Of a stretch of DNA of 64,000 bases, positions 22,320 through 32,888 are shown piece after piece. The position numbers and the translations under genes were made by a program. The stretch spans positions 87,536-151,535 of the forward strand of contig CAVPLY010000011.1 in NCBI GenBank assembly GCA_963706045.1, written 5' to 3'. Positions within the stretch are counted from its first letter, which is position 1. The number at the start of each line of letters is the position of its first letter. Below the pieces are notes generated by a model. That model ran no database searches and was not told the origin of the DNA. It saw only the letters and a program-made list of their open reading frames with translations. This DNA is from an uncultured Actinomycetota bacterium (GTDB lineage Bacteria > Actinomycetota > Actinomycetes > JAHEKZ01).

Positions 22320-23556
22320 GCGAGGGACCCGAGGGTTGTGCTGGTGGCCCCGGCATCAACGGCAGGCGGCAGGTCGCGAGGGTCGACGGGGCCCTGGCGT
22401 GGGTGAAGGAAGATCCCGGCCCGTGGCTTCGGCTCGATGTACGTGCTCTTCGGCGGCATCACCTCACCGAGTTCGGCCACTGCGATGAGTTCGGCGTGCG
22501 AGGGGGCGGCGAGCACGAAGAAGGCGTCGTCGGGGTGGGTGGCGGCCACCTCGTGCGCATCCTTCAGCTCAGAGACGTAGCTGACCCGGTCGTGCCCTGA
22601 GGCCACGCCCAGGTGAGGCAGCAAGATCTCGGCGTCCAAACGGGCGACGTCCAGCGCGGCCGCACCCTCGTTCTTGGTCGTCGGTAGCTGCACCCGGTAC
22701 CAGGCCCCGGCCAGGTGCAGGTCGAATCCTCCGTGCCCACGGGTGGGGCCGGACGCCACGGTGACGTCAGCGGTCCGCTTCAGATCCGCAAGCAGGGCTG
22801 GCGCATCGATCGGTCCCGACACGAGTCGGTCGAAGGCGAGAAGGTGAGTCTGGCTCTCGGGGTAGAGCACGCACAGCACAGTTCCGCCGCGAGGGCTGCC
22901 GTGGTCGCGCCAGCGGGCGACAGTCGCCGCCACCCGGTGATGGCCATCGGCGACGTAGTGGCCAAGCGCGCTCAGCCGCTCGATCAACACCACCGCATCG
23001 GAAGTGGAGACTCGCCACACCTGCTGCTCGACGTGGGTGATGTCGGTAACCGTGAGCAGGGGGGGCGCGACATCGTGGCGTTGACGATTGACTCGACCTC
23101 GGCATCGTCTCTGTGCATCACAGCGACGAGCTCTGAGCGAGTAGGCACCGCCTCGAAATGCTTGGCGAGCGCCTTCACCTTCTCGGGCTTGACGTCTTCG
23201 TGACCGAGAACTCGCCCGTCGACGAAACCGCTGACGTCGATGTCGGCAACGACACCGGTGTGCACGTCTCCATCGCGGTCAATGCGGTAGATGTAGAGCG
23301 CCGGGTCACCCAGGTCGCCGTACGAATCCGAACGCAGTAAGCGTTCGAGACCGGCCGCGTTAGCCGCGCCAATGTCCTCGTACGACGCACCGGGCATGTC
23401 GAGAGCAGAACGAGTCACGTTCAGATAGCTCAAGGGGTTCTCGAGGAGCAGGTTGGCGCGCTGCGCGGCGCTCAGCGCGTCATGCATGGGGCACACGACG
23501 TCTGTGGCATGGATCGCCTTGACGATCCGCGCGGGAAAGGGCCTGACCAGAGTCAT
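22292..23556 (-). pseudogene. DUF1015 domain protein, frame break in a G7 run (23059-23065)
   Basis: ORF 22984-23733 (MTLVRPFPARIV...GHEDVKPEKV) and ORF 22292-23020 (...ADGHHR...PPKSTYIEPKPRAGIF) form one DUF1015 protein. The minus strand reads cgc ccc ccc tgc where cgc ccc ccc ctg ctc would restore PPLLTVTDITHVEQQVW. The ATGA start overlaps the upstream stop. Confidence 0.8.
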
Positions 23557-24545
23557 TGGCGCGACTCTGACGTCAACACCGCGGGGTTCACCACGTGGAT
23601 GGGGGCGTCGCTGGCAAAGGCGGCGACGACATCGACGACACCCTCGGCGACGGCCAGCTGCGCCTGCTCCGTGGACGCCCCGATGTGGTGCGTCCCCACG
23701 ACGGCAGGGTGGGTCGACAACGGAGATGTCCACTCGGCTGTGCCTGTTCCCGGCTCGTCCGGAAACACGTCGAGCCCGGCGCGGACCCGCCCGCCATTCA
23801 GAGCATCGAGCAAGGCGTCCGAGTCGACGACGTCGGCCCGTGAGGTGTTGATGAGGATCGCCCCTGGCCGCATTGCGTCGATCGTCTCGCGGTCGACGAT
23901 GCCGGCGGTCGAGGGTCCTGCGGGGATGTGCAGCGACAGGATGTCGACTGCCGCGGCGAGGGACGGCAAGGAGTCGAGCAGGTCTATGCCGAGGTCGGTG
24001 ATGCGAGCCTGTGACTCGGGGGACCGGCCGGGCCGTTGGAGCGCGATGACCTTCATACCGAACGCCTTGGCGCGTTGGGCGACTCCGAGCCCGATGCTGC
24101 CGAGGCCGACGATCCCGAGCGAGGCGCCGGCGAGTCCGCGAGCCCCCTTGGTCATGCCCTTCTTGTCCCAGTGGCCCTCGCGCATCTTGATCACGCCGTC
24201 CGGGATGCGCCGGTCGATGGCAAGCATGAGGCCGAAGGCGAGCTCGGCCACGGCAGCAGCATTGCGGCCGGGCACGTTGCTGACGACGACGCCGGCTGAC
24301 GTGGCAGCTGCGACGTCGATGGTGTTGGTCCCGGCCCCCGCGCGTACGACCAGGGCGAGGGCCTTGCCGGCGTCAACCGTGGCCTGGGTCACCTTGGTGC
24401 TGCGCACGATCAGCGCCTCGTGGTCGCCGATGTGATCCGGCAGCGTGTCGCCCGTGAGGTCTGGGTTGATGACGCAGGTGTGGCCGGCGGACTCGAGCGC
24501 GGCGACCGCCGATGCTTCGAGCGAGTCGGCAACGAGGATGCGCAT
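23553..24545 (-). CDS. D-isomer-specific 2-hydroxyacid dehydrogenase (phosphoglycerate dehydrogenase family)
   Basis: NAD-binding site GIVGLGSIGLGVAQRAKAFGMKVI and the catalytic-domain pattern. Translationally coupled to the DUF1015 gene. Confidence 0.8.
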   Translation of the reverse strand: MRILVADSLEASAVAALESAGHTCVINPDLTGDTLPDHIGDHEALIVRSTKVTQATVDAGKALALVVRAGAGTNTIDVAAATSAGVVVSNVPGRNAAAVAELAFGLMLAIDRRIPDGVIKMREGHWDKKGMTKGARGLAGASLGIVGLGSIGLGVAQRAKAFGMKVIALQRPGRSPESQARITDLGIDLLDSLPSLAAAVDILSLHIPAGPSTAGIVDRETIDAMRPGAILINTSRADVVDSDALLDALNGGRVRAGLDVFPDEPGTGTAEWTSPLSTHPAVVGTHHIGASTEQAQLAVAEGVVDVVAAFASDAPIHVVNPAVLTSESRQ

Positions 24546-24623
24546 GGTGACCTCTCATCGGGCGGCTAGATCGACAGGTGAACGGGGCAGGCAGGTCGTG
24601 CAGGTGATTCGAGCGGGCGAGCG

Positions 24624-24649
24624 ATGATCAGCCTGCCATGATCAGCCTG
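24624..24649. repeat. Tandem 12-mer ATGATCAGCCTG-cc-ATGATCAGCCTG in the divergent promoter region
   Basis: Two exact copies with a 14-bp period, each containing the palindrome TGATCA. Located between the dehydrogenase gene (-) and miaB (+). Confidence 0.7.
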
Positions 24650-24755
24650 ACAGGGCGGTCGCCCTGGGTGCGAGCATGTGATCCACGATGTGGCATAACC
24701 ATCCCACACGGTGGCACCCCGAGGGGGGCGATCGTGAACACCTACCCTTGGGCCT

Positions 24756-26279
24756 GTGACGGCACGGACCTACGAGGTACGCACCTACGGGTGCCAGATG
24801 AACGCCCACGACTCCGAGCGACTCGCCGGGTCGCTGGAGGCCGCTGGATACGTTCGGGCGGCTGGGGCGCAGACGCCCGACGTCGTCGTGTTCAACACCT
24901 GCGCCGTGCGCGAGAACGCCGATAACCGGCTCTACGGCAACCTCGGGCACCTGGCCCCGGTGAAAGAGGCGAACCCCGGTATGCAGATCGCCGTTGGCGG
25001 CTGCCTGGCGCAGAAGGACCGCCGCCGCATCGTCGAGCGGGCGCCATGGGTCGACGTGGTGTTCGGCACCCACAACGTCGGAGCCCTTCCTGTGCTGCTC
25101 GAGCGCGCCCGCGTCCACGAAGAGGCCCAGGTCGAGATCCTGGAGTCGCTTGAGGTCTTTCCGTCGACCCTGCCGACCAGACGTGAGTCGGTCTACGCAG
25201 CCTGGGTGTCGATCAGCGTGGGCTGCAACAACTCGTGCACCTTCTGCATCGTGCCGTCGCTCCGTGGTGTCGAAAAGGACCGTCGCCCTGGGGACGTGCT
25301 CAGTGAGGTACGGGCGTTGGTGGACGAGGGCGTCCTCGAGGTGACGCTGCTTGGTCAGAACGTCAACTCGTACGGAGTCGAGTTCGGTGACCGGTTCGCC
25401 TTCGGCAAGTTGTTGCGGGCATGTGGTGAGGTCGACGGGCTTGAGCGCGTGCGGTTCACGTCACCGCATCCTCGCGACTTCACCGACGACGTCATTGCTG
25501 CCATGGCCGAGACGCCGAACGTGATGCCCTCTCTGCACATGCCGCTGCAGTCTGGTTCAGACGCCGTGCTCAAGGCGATGCGGCGCTCATACCGACGCGA
25601 GAAGTACCTGGGCATCATCGAGCGGGTGCGTGCCGCCATGCCAGAGGCCGCGATCACCACCGACATCATCGTGGGATTTCCCGGTGAGACTGACGCCGAC
25701 TTCGAGCAGACGCTGGAAGTAGCGGCGGAGGCACGCTTCTCCAGCGCCTTCACGTTCCAGTACTCCAAGCGTCCCGGGACACCGGCGGCTGACATGGCCC
25801 ACCAGGTATCGGCAGAGGTTGTGAAGGAGCGCTACCAGCGTCTGGTCGAGCTCGTCGACGAGATCGCCTGGGATGAGGCGAAGAAGCAGGTGGGGCGAAC
25901 CGTCGATGTGCTGGTGGCTGAAGGAGAGGGCCGCAAGGACGAGGCGACCGGACGACTGTCCGGGCGGGCCGCTGACAACCGGCTGGTGCACTTTGCGGTG
26001 AACGCGGGTGCGGCTGACGATGGCGCGGTAGCTGCAGGCAAGAACGGTGACGTACCGCGGCCAGGCGACATGGCACACGTGCAAGTCACATATGGCGCAC
26101 CGCATCACCTGGTCGCTGATGGACCCGTCTGCGAAGTGCGTCGCACCGCTGCCGGCGATGCGTGGGAACGGCGCACGTCAGACGCCGGCTGTGGCCCTGT
26201 GGATGGAGGCGGGGTCTCCAGCGAAGTAGGTCCGGTCGTACTGGGCCTGCCCACGGTCGGCGCGACCCAGGTGCTCTGA
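24756..26279 (+). CDS. miaB: tRNA (N6-isopentenyl adenosine(37)-C2)-methylthiotransferase MiaB
   Basis: [22 protein letters not shown]-terminus, radical-SAM CNNSCTFC motif, and a TRAM C-terminus. Confidence 0.9.
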   Translation: MTARTYEVRTYGCQMNAHDSERLAGSLEAAGYVRAAGAQTPDVVVFNTCAVRENADNRLYGNLGHLAPVKEANPGMQIAVGGCLAQKDRRRIVERAPWVDVVFGTHNVGALPVLLERARVHEEAQVEILESLEVFPSTLPTRRESVYAAWVSISVGCNNSCTFCIVPSLRGVEKDRRPGDVLSEVRALVDEGVLEVTLLGQNVNSYGVEFGDRFAFGKLLRACGEVDGLERVRFTSPHPRDFTDDVIAAMAETPNVMPSLHMPLQSGSDAVLKAMRRSYRREKYLGIIERVRAAMPEAAITTDIIVGFPGETDADFEQTLEVAAEARFSSAFTFQYSKRPGTPAADMAHQVSAEVVKERYQRLVELVDEIAWDEAKKQVGRTVDVLVAEGEGRKDEATGRLSGRAADNRLVHFAVNAGAADDGAVAAGKNGDVPRPGDMAHVQVTYGAPHHLVADGPVCEVRRTAAGDAWERRTSDAGCGPVDGGGVSSEVGPVVLGLPTVGATQVL

Positions 26280-26281
26280 CG

Positions 26282-27043
26282 GTGCTGGTCGCCGCCGCCT
26301 TCTTACCTCACCCACCCGTGTTGCTCCCCGAGGTGGCTGCGGGTGCTGCTCCCGAGCTGGCCGGCTTGCGGGAAGCGTGTTCGGTGGCCCTGCAACGTGT
26401 GGTGGACGCACAACCGGACCTGGTTGTTGTTGTCGGTGACGATGCTGAGCGGTCGACGTACGGCGCAGATGCGCGCGGTTCTTTCGCCGGCTACGGGGTC
26501 CCCGTGACGACGGCGCTGCCGGGAGCTGACGTGGATGGCAGAGGCGCCGAACGGGACCGGGACGGCCTGCCCCTGTCGCTGGCGGTCGCCGCCAGGCTCA
26601 TGGAACGCGTGGGGCCGTGGCCTTCGGTGCGTGGAGAGGGAGTGCCGGCCACGATGACGGCGGCGGACGCGCTGTCGCTGGGCAGGCAGTTGGCCGACTC
26701 GGCTGAGCGCGTCGCCCTGATTGCGATGGGCGATGGAGCGGCAACCTTGACAGTGAAGGCCCCCGGGTACCTCGTCGAAGGTGCCGAGCAGTGGCAGAAG
26801 GGCGTGACACAAGCGCTGGCCGCGGCAGACACGACGGGCATCACAGCGATTCTGTCGGCGGATGCTGACACCTTCCAGGCTGCAGGGCGAGTGGCGTGGC
26901 AGGTAGCAGGCGGGGCAGCGGAGAGCACGGCAGAGGTGGCGACGCCGAGCCGGAAGTCACGGTGGGTCGGTGAGCTGCTGGCCGACGAAGCTCCCTACGG
27001 CGTCGCGTACCTGGTGGCCATCTGGCAGGGGGCATCAACGTGA
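26282..27043 (+). CDS. Conserved hypothetical protein, class III extradiol-dioxygenase subunit B-like fold (tentative)
   Basis: GTG 26282 directly after the miaB stop. VLVAAAFLPHPPVLLPEVAAG... Conserved slot between miaB and miaA. Confidence 0.5.
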   Translation: MLVAAAFLPHPPVLLPEVAAGAAPELAGLREACSVALQRVVDAQPDLVVVVGDDAERSTYGADARGSFAGYGVPVTTALPGADVDGRGAERDRDGLPLSLAVAARLMERVGPWPSVRGEGVPATMTAADALSLGRQLADSAERVALIAMGDGAATLTVKAPGYLVEGAEQWQKGVTQALAAADTTGITAILSADADTFQAAGRVAWQVAGGAAESTAEVATPSRKSRWVGELLADEAPYGVAYLVAIWQGAST

Positions 27044-27894
27044 TCGCCGTCGTTGGGTCGACCGCGGTTGGAAAGTCCGACTACGCGGTGCGCCTGGCGC
27101 TCAAGCTCGCGGAGACTGGCGGCGCAGAGATCGTCAACGCCGACTCGATGCAGGTCTATCGCGGGATGGACATCGGGACGGCGAAGCTGACGCGTGAGGA
27201 GTGGCGCGGCGTCCCTCATCACCTGCTCGACATCTGGCCGGTCACCAAGACAGCCACCCTTGCTGAGTACCAGCATCTGGCGCTCGAAGCGGTTGCCGAC
27301 ATCACTGCCCGCGGTCGGACCCCGATCATCGTCGGAGGCTCGGGAATGTACGTCCATGCCGTCGTCGACGGGTGGGTTATCCCAGGCACCGATCCCCAGA
27401 TCCGGGCGGCGCTTGACGTTGAGCTCACCACGCTGGGGCCGGATGCCATGCATGCGCGCCTGGCGACCCTGGATCCGGCGGCTGCGTCGGCGATCCTTCC
27501 CACCAACGGACGGCGGATCGTGCGCGCCCTAGAGGTAGTTGCGCTGCGGGGGTCGTTCTCGGCGACTCTCCCGACCTTTGCCCCCAATCCAGGCGTGCGG
27601 TTGATCGGCCTGAAACTGCCTCGCGAAGAGCTCGATGGGCGCATCGAGGAACGCGTCGCGCGCATGTGGCAGAGCGGTTTTGTGGACGAGGTGCTGGCTC
27701 TGGAGCGTGGCGGTCTTCGCGAGGGGCGCACGGCGTCCCGCGCGCTGGGTTACGCGCAGGTCTTGGACTTCTTGGCAGGGGAGTGCTCCGAGCAGGAGGC
27801 GCGCGACGAGACCGTTCGAGCAACGCGGCGGTTTGCTCGCAAACAGGAGTCGTGGTTCGGACGCGATCCCCGCATCGAGTGGCAGCCGGCCTGA
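27040..27894 (+). CDS. miaA: tRNA dimethylallyltransferase MiaA
   Basis: P-loop VVGSTAVGKS and EIVNADSMQVYRGMDIGTAK. GTGA overlap with the upstream stop. Confidence 0.9.
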   Translation: MIAVVGSTAVGKSDYAVRLALKLAETGGAEIVNADSMQVYRGMDIGTAKLTREEWRGVPHHLLDIWPVTKTATLAEYQHLALEAVADITARGRTPIIVGGSGMYVHAVVDGWVIPGTDPQIRAALDVELTTLGPDAMHARLATLDPAAASAILPTNGRRIVRALEVVALRGSFSATLPTFAPNPGVRLIGLKLPREELDGRIEERVARMWQSGFVDEVLALERGGLREGRTASRALGYAQVLDFLAGECSEQEARDETVRATRRFARKQESWFGRDPRIEWQPA

Positions 27895-27942
27895 GTCGCA
27901 CCTTCGGGGAAGCTCGGTGGGGGAGCGCGTAGGGTCGACGTC

Positions 27943-28815
27943 GTGAGCACGCCGCCGGCTTCGGGACCAGCAGCAGGGGCACTGGAAGGTTCTGTGGTGA
28001 GTGCTGGCCCGTCTTTCCTCAAGGGGCACGGGACCGAGAATGACTTCGTGGTGCTGCTCGACCCCGATGGCGGGTATGGGCTCACCGAGCGACAGGTACT
28101 CGCGTTGTGTGATCGGCACCGGGGGTTCGGAGCCGATGGCGTCCTGCGTGCGGTTCCCGCCGAGAACGGCACCGACTGGTTCATGGACTACCGGAATGCC
28201 GACGGGAGCATCGCGGAGATGTGCGGCAACGGCGCCCGGCTCTTCGCCCTGGCGCTTCGCGACGTGGGGCTGGTCAGCGCTGATGCCTTCACCCTGCAGA
28301 CGCGCGGTGGTGCACGCCCGGTGATGATCAACGGTGACGAAGTGACCGTCGGCATGGGTGCGGCAGCCTCCAGCTCAGAGCAGGTCACCGTCGGTGTCGG
28401 ACGGCATCGCTGGAAGGCGACGCCGGTGTGGGTGCCTAACCCTCACGCGGTCGCCTTCGTTGACGACCTGGCTGACGCCGGGGACCTCGCGAGCGCCCCG
28501 GAGGTGAGGCCGGCGGCACCGTTTGCGAAGGGCGTCAACGTCGAGTTCGTGGTGGAGCGGGGGCCTGCACATGTGGCGATGCGGGTCCATGAACGAGGAG
28601 TTGGCGAGACCCGCTCGTGCGGCACCGGGGCAGTCGCCGTGGCGTGGGCGTGGCGACGGCGTTCCGGCGTCGAATCCGGGACGGTCCGGGTGGACGTTCC
28701 CGGAGGGACCGTGCACGTCGAGGGGCTTCCCGACGGGGAGTTGACCCTGCGAGGACCAGCGGTGATCGTCGCCCGCGGCGTCATCGACGACCGATGGTGG
28801 AAGGAGAACGCGTGA
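27943..28815 (+). CDS. dapF: Diaminopimelate epimerase
   Basis: FLKGHGTENDFVVL, with catalytic Cys motifs MCGNGAR and SCGTGAVA. Confidence 0.9.
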   Translation: MSTPPASGPAAGALEGSVVSAGPSFLKGHGTENDFVVLLDPDGGYGLTERQVLALCDRHRGFGADGVLRAVPAENGTDWFMDYRNADGSIAEMCGNGARLFALALRDVGLVSADAFTLQTRGGARPVMINGDEVTVGMGAAASSSEQVTVGVGRHRWKATPVWVPNPHAVAFVDDLADAGDLASAPEVRPAAPFAKGVNVEFVVERGPAHVAMRVHERGVGETRSCGTGAVAVAWAWRRRSGVESGTVRVDVPGGTVHVEGLPDGELTLRGPAVIVARGVIDDRWWKENA

Positions 28816-29564
28816 GCGTGTCGTTGACCGTCCGTGAGGTGGCGGTGGCCGCCAAGGGTCCGATCGGCAGCCTTGGTGGGGCCTGGATGACCGGCCAGGA
28901 GGAGGAGGCAGCGACCGAGGCAGCCGGCCTGGAAGGATGGCAGCTCTACTTCTTGGGTCGCCATGGCGTTCTCGGCGATGTTGATGCAGACGTGGTGCTC
29001 GCCGCCGCCTATGTGTTTCCGGCTGATCACCTTCGGCGCGAGTGGGAAGCAGCGCGGCAGAAGATGACGGCCGCCGAGGGGCTCGACAAGTACCTAGCCC
29101 TCTGTCACGCCTGGGGTGAGGACCATCTGGCGGACTTCCCCGGTGCGGCTCGTCTGGCCGACCTCGGACAGGCCGTGATCGATGCGTCGGACGTGGTCTC
29201 GCTGCCGTTGTTCGCCGGGTGGCGGGCCGTACCCGTGCCGAGTTCTGCCGGCGCGCGTTGTGCTCATGTCTGCCAGGTGCTGCGCGAGCATCGCGGTGCT
29301 TGCCATGGTGTTGCTCTCGCCGCGCTACAGCTGGATCCCCTTCTGGCGATTCTGACCAATCTCGGCGGTGAGGCCAACGCCATCGACTACGGCTGGCAGC
29401 CACCCTTCCCCGCGCCCACCGATGATGATCGGGCGCTCAGAGACCGCGCCGAGGTGCTCACCGACGACCTGGTCGCCCCTGCCTATTCGGCGCTGGGGAG
29501 TCCTGAGCGATCCGAGGTCCTTGAGCTCCTCCAGGCGGCGCAGGCGCACTCTCTGGGGGGATGA
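28812..29564 (+). CDS. Conserved actinobacterial hypothetical protein (all-alpha)
   Basis: AAGGAGAA RBS and a GTG that overlaps the dapF stop. 250 aa with good coding character. No family named with confidence. Confidence 0.55.
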   Translation: MSVSLTVREVAVAAKGPIGSLGGAWMTGQEEEAATEAAGLEGWQLYFLGRHGVLGDVDADVVLAAAYVFPADHLRREWEAARQKMTAAEGLDKYLALCHAWGEDHLADFPGAARLADLGQAVIDASDVVSLPLFAGWRAVPVPSSAGARCAHVCQVLREHRGACHGVALAALQLDPLLAILTNLGGEANAIDYGWQPPFPAPTDDDRALRDRAEVLTDDLVAPAYSALGSPERSEVLELLQAAQAHSLGG

Positions 29565-29646
29565 CCCCTGGCCGAGTCAGGAAAGCTTCGCCGTTCCTGG
29601 ATGCTCGCGACGGAATCCGGTTGCACAGCATGAGATCCTTGTCCAG

Positions 29647-31083
29647 ATGACTGAATCACACCCCGCTTTCGAGCGTCCCTCGGCCAGCCGCCGCTCTGTG
29701 CCTCCCGTTCGCCCGGACGCCGGGAGCCTCGACCTTGAAGACCGCTCGGCGCTGCGCCGGGTTGCCGGCCTGTCGACCGAGCTGCAGGACGTCTCAGAGG
29801 TCGAGTACCGCCAAGTTCGGCTTGAACGAGTGGTTCTGGTCGGCGTGTGGACGTCAGGCACGGTCACCGATGCCGAGAACTCACTGCGCGAGCTGGCCGC
29901 TCTGGCCGAGACGGCTGGTGCCGAGGTGCTGGACGGGGTGATTCAGCGTCGCGACAAGCCGGACGCTGCCACGTACATCGGGTCGGGCAAGGCGCGCGAG
30001 CTGCGTGACGTCGTCATCGAGGAGGGGGCCGACACGGTGATCTGTGACGGGGAGCTGACACCCGGTCAGCTGATCCAGCTCGAGGACGTGGTGAAGGTCA
30101 AGGTGGTCGACCGCACCTGGCTGATTCTCGACATCTTCGCTCAGCACGCCAAGAGCCGGGAGGGCAAGGCGCAGGTAGCGCTTGCACAGATGCAGTACCT
30201 CATGCCGCGGCTGCGTGGCTGGGGTGAGTCACTCTCCCGTCAGGCAGGCGGACGCGCCGGCGGTGCCACCGGTGGCGTGGGAACCCGTGGTCCCGGTGAG
30301 ACGAAGATCGAGACCGATCGCCGTCGGATCCGCGAGAAGGTGGCGCGGCTGCGCCGCGAGCTGCGCGCCATGGAGACCTCGCGCATCACCAAGCGTGGAC
30401 AGCGGCGGGCCAACAGGGTCCCCGCGGTCGCGCTGGCCGGCTACACCAACGCCGGCAAGTCCAGCCTGATGAACCAGTTGACCGGCGCGGGCGTTCTCGT
30501 CGACGACTCGCTCTTCGCCACCCTCGACCCCACGGTGCGCAAGGCGCACACCGCTGATGGTCGGCTCTTCACGCTGGCGGACACCGTGGGGTTCGTCCGC
30601 CACCTGCCACACCAGCTGGTCGAGGCCTTCCGCTCGACGCTCGACGAAGTCACCGATGCCGACCTGCTGCTGCACGTGGTCGACGGCTCCGACGCCGATC
30701 CTGAGCGGCAGCTGGCCTCGGTGCGCGAGGTGCTCGCTGAGATCGGTGCGGACAACCTGCCCGAGGTGGTCGTCATCAACAAGGCTGACCTCGCCGACCC
30801 GCTGACGATCGCCAGGCTGCGGCGTCAAGAGCGTGGCGCTGTGGTGGTCTCGGCTCACACCGGTTTCGGCATTGACGACCTGCGCGCCTGCATCGACGAG
30901 TCGCTTCCGCATCCGCCCGTCGAGGTCGAGGTGCTGGTGCCCTACGGACGCGGTGACCTGGTGTCGCGGATGCACACCGAGGGAGAGGTGCTCACCGAGG
31001 ATCACCGAGAGGCCGGCACGTTCGTCACGGCCCGCGTCCACCCCGACCTGGCCGCCGCGCTTCAGGCGTTGACAGCCGTCTGA
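29647..31083 (+). CDS. hflX: GTPase HflX
   Basis: The HflX N-domain (RVVLVGVW...AELAALAETAGA), G1 GYTNAGKSS, G3 DTVGF and G4 NKAD. Start set at ATG 29647. Confidence 0.9.
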   Translation: MTESHPAFERPSASRRSVPPVRPDAGSLDLEDRSALRRVAGLSTELQDVSEVEYRQVRLERVVLVGVWTSGTVTDAENSLRELAALAETAGAEVLDGVIQRRDKPDAATYIGSGKARELRDVVIEEGADTVICDGELTPGQLIQLEDVVKVKVVDRTWLILDIFAQHAKSREGKAQVALAQMQYLMPRLRGWGESLSRQAGGRAGGATGGVGTRGPGETKIETDRRRIREKVARLRRELRAMETSRITKRGQRRANRVPAVALAGYTNAGKSSLMNQLTGAGVLVDDSLFATLDPTVRKAHTADGRLFTLADTVGFVRHLPHQLVEAFRSTLDEVTDADLLLHVVDGSDADPERQLASVREVLAEIGADNLPEVVVINKADLADPLTIARLRRQERGAVVVSAHTGFGIDDLRACIDESLPHPPVEVEVLVPYGRGDLVSRMHTEGEVLTEDHREAGTFVTARVHPDLAAALQALTAV

Positions 31084-31123
31084 CGCGGGCCTTCTGCCGT
31101 TTCGTCGACACTTCGCGACCTGG

Positions 31124-32800
31124 ATGCGACACAGTCATCTCATGACATCGGCCAGCAACCCCGATCAGGAACCTGTGGTCAGGTCGTCCCTGCTGCGGGG
31201 CGGCGTGGTCTGGGCAGGCAGGGGGCGCGCCCGTGGGCCCGCGGCCCTCGTCGTGCGAGACGGGCGGATTGCCTGGATCGGTTCGGAGGACGATGCGCAC
31301 GACCTGTCCGACCAGGTGGACGACGTCATCGACCTCGAGGGCCGGTTACTCACTCCCGGGATCGTTGACGCCCATAACCATGTACGGCTGGGCACCGGGT
31401 CGGACGCCGTCCAGCTGGGCGGGGCGATGTCCATGCCGGCCGTGCAGGGGCGGATCAGCGACTGGCTCGACCAGAACCCCGACGCCGGCTGGGTGCACGG
31501 CGAGGGCTTCGACTACGCGGCGCTCCCCGAAGCGCGCCACCCCAGAGCCGCAGACCTGGCGGGGGTGGGTGGCGGCCATCCGGTGATGCTGCTCGACTAC
31601 AGCGTGCACGCGGCTGTTCTGAACGCCGCGGCGATGGAGGCATTCGGGATCGGAAGTGGTTCCGGCGACGTCCCCTGGGGAACGGTTGAGCGGGAGGCCG
31701 ACGGCGCGCCGACCGGATACGTCGCTGACTTCGCGGTCAAGGGCATCTCCGATGTGGGCCAGAAGGCACTGCAGCAGGTGTCGCCGGCGTACTCGCTCGA
31801 GGCGCAGTACCGCCGAGTCGTGGCCGGTTTGGCGATGGCCGCGCAGTACGGCATCACAACCGTCGTCGAGCCGCAGAACTCTGTCGACGACCTCGAGCTC
31901 TTCGCCCGCGCACGAGTCGCGGGAAACGCTCCGGCCCGCATCGTGGCCGCGCTGTTTCACCCCGTCGGCACGACGGCGGCGACGCTGGACGCGTTCGAGG
32001 CAGCACGCGAGCGGTTCAGCGACGACTGGTTGCGAGTGCTGCCCGTCAAGCTCTACATCGATGACATCGTCGAACCGCACACCGCCGCCATGCGCGAGCC
32101 GTACGCCAACCGACCGGACACGCGTGGGCGCACGTACTACGACGGGGACGAGTTCGCCGCCGTCGTGACCGAGCTCGATCGCCGAGGGTTTCCCTGCTTC
32201 GTGCACGCCACCGGAGACCGCGGAATCGGTGTCTGCCTGGACGCCTTCGCCGCCGCTCGGTCCCGCAATGGGGATCGAGGAAACCGTCACCAGGTCGTGC
32301 ACGTCGAGTGCGTGCACGAGTCTGACCTCGACCGCTTCGCCGAGCTCGGTGTGGTGGCCTGCATGCAGCCGCGTCACTGCGCTCCCGAGATCGTCCAGCA
32401 ATGGCGCGAGAACGTGGGCGAGCAGCGATGGCGGTACGCCTGGCCCATGCGCAGTCTGGCCGAACGGGGTGCGACGCTGGCGTTCTCCAGTGACTGGAAC
32501 GTGGCCGAGATGGACCCGCTGGTCGGCATGTACACGGCGATGACGAGAGCTGACCTCGACGGGAGCCGTTCCTGGGTGCCCGAGGAGTGCGTCGACCTCG
32601 AGACCGCCCTGCACGCCTACACCTGGGGAAGCGCCTACTCCGTCGGAGCCGAGGGGGAGCGCGGTGATCTTGGGGTCGGGTCCTTCGCCGACCTGGCGGT
32701 CTTCTCCGACGATCTGTTCGCCGTCGAGCCGCCGGCCCTGCTCGACGCCCGGGTCGACCTCACGATGGTCGGCGGGCAGATCGTGCACCGCACGTTCTAG
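31124..32800 (+). CDS. Amidohydrolase-family metal-dependent hydrolase (YtcJ-like)
   Basis: GIVDAHNHV metal-binding motif and ...FVHATGDRGI... 558 aa. An alternative start at 31142 is possible. Confidence 0.7.
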   Translation: MRHSHLMTSASNPDQEPVVRSSLLRGGVVWAGRGRARGPAALVVRDGRIAWIGSEDDAHDLSDQVDDVIDLEGRLLTPGIVDAHNHVRLGTGSDAVQLGGAMSMPAVQGRISDWLDQNPDAGWVHGEGFDYAALPEARHPRAADLAGVGGGHPVMLLDYSVHAAVLNAAAMEAFGIGSGSGDVPWGTVEREADGAPTGYVADFAVKGISDVGQKALQQVSPAYSLEAQYRRVVAGLAMAAQYGITTVVEPQNSVDDLELFARARVAGNAPARIVAALFHPVGTTAATLDAFEAARERFSDDWLRVLPVKLYIDDIVEPHTAAMREPYANRPDTRGRTYYDGDEFAAVVTELDRRGFPCFVHATGDRGIGVCLDAFAAARSRNGDRGNRHQVVHVECVHESDLDRFAELGVVACMQPRHCAPEIVQQWRENVGEQRWRYAWPMRSLAERGATLAFSSDWNVAEMDPLVGMYTAMTRADLDGSRSWVPEECVDLETALHAYTWGSAYSVGAEGERGDLGVGSFADLAVFSDDLFAVEPPALLDARVDLTMVGGQIVHRTF

Positions 32801-32860
32801 GGCGGGCGGGCTAGGGCTGGGTGTTGTCGACGCGGGCGGGTGTGGACGCCGCACGTCACT

Positions 32861-32882
32861 CGTCCAAGGCTCGCCCTAGGGT
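32861..32882 (+). promoter_or_regulatory. Candidate leaderless promoter of dinG (weak RecA-NDp resemblance)
   Basis: CGTCCAAGGC-tcgccc-TAGGGT-gacggg-GTG(32889). The -10 TAGGGT fits TAnnnT, the spacing to the start codon fits a leaderless mRNA, and the upstream 10-mer matches only 6/10. Confidence 0.3.
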
Positions 32883-32888
32883 GACGGG

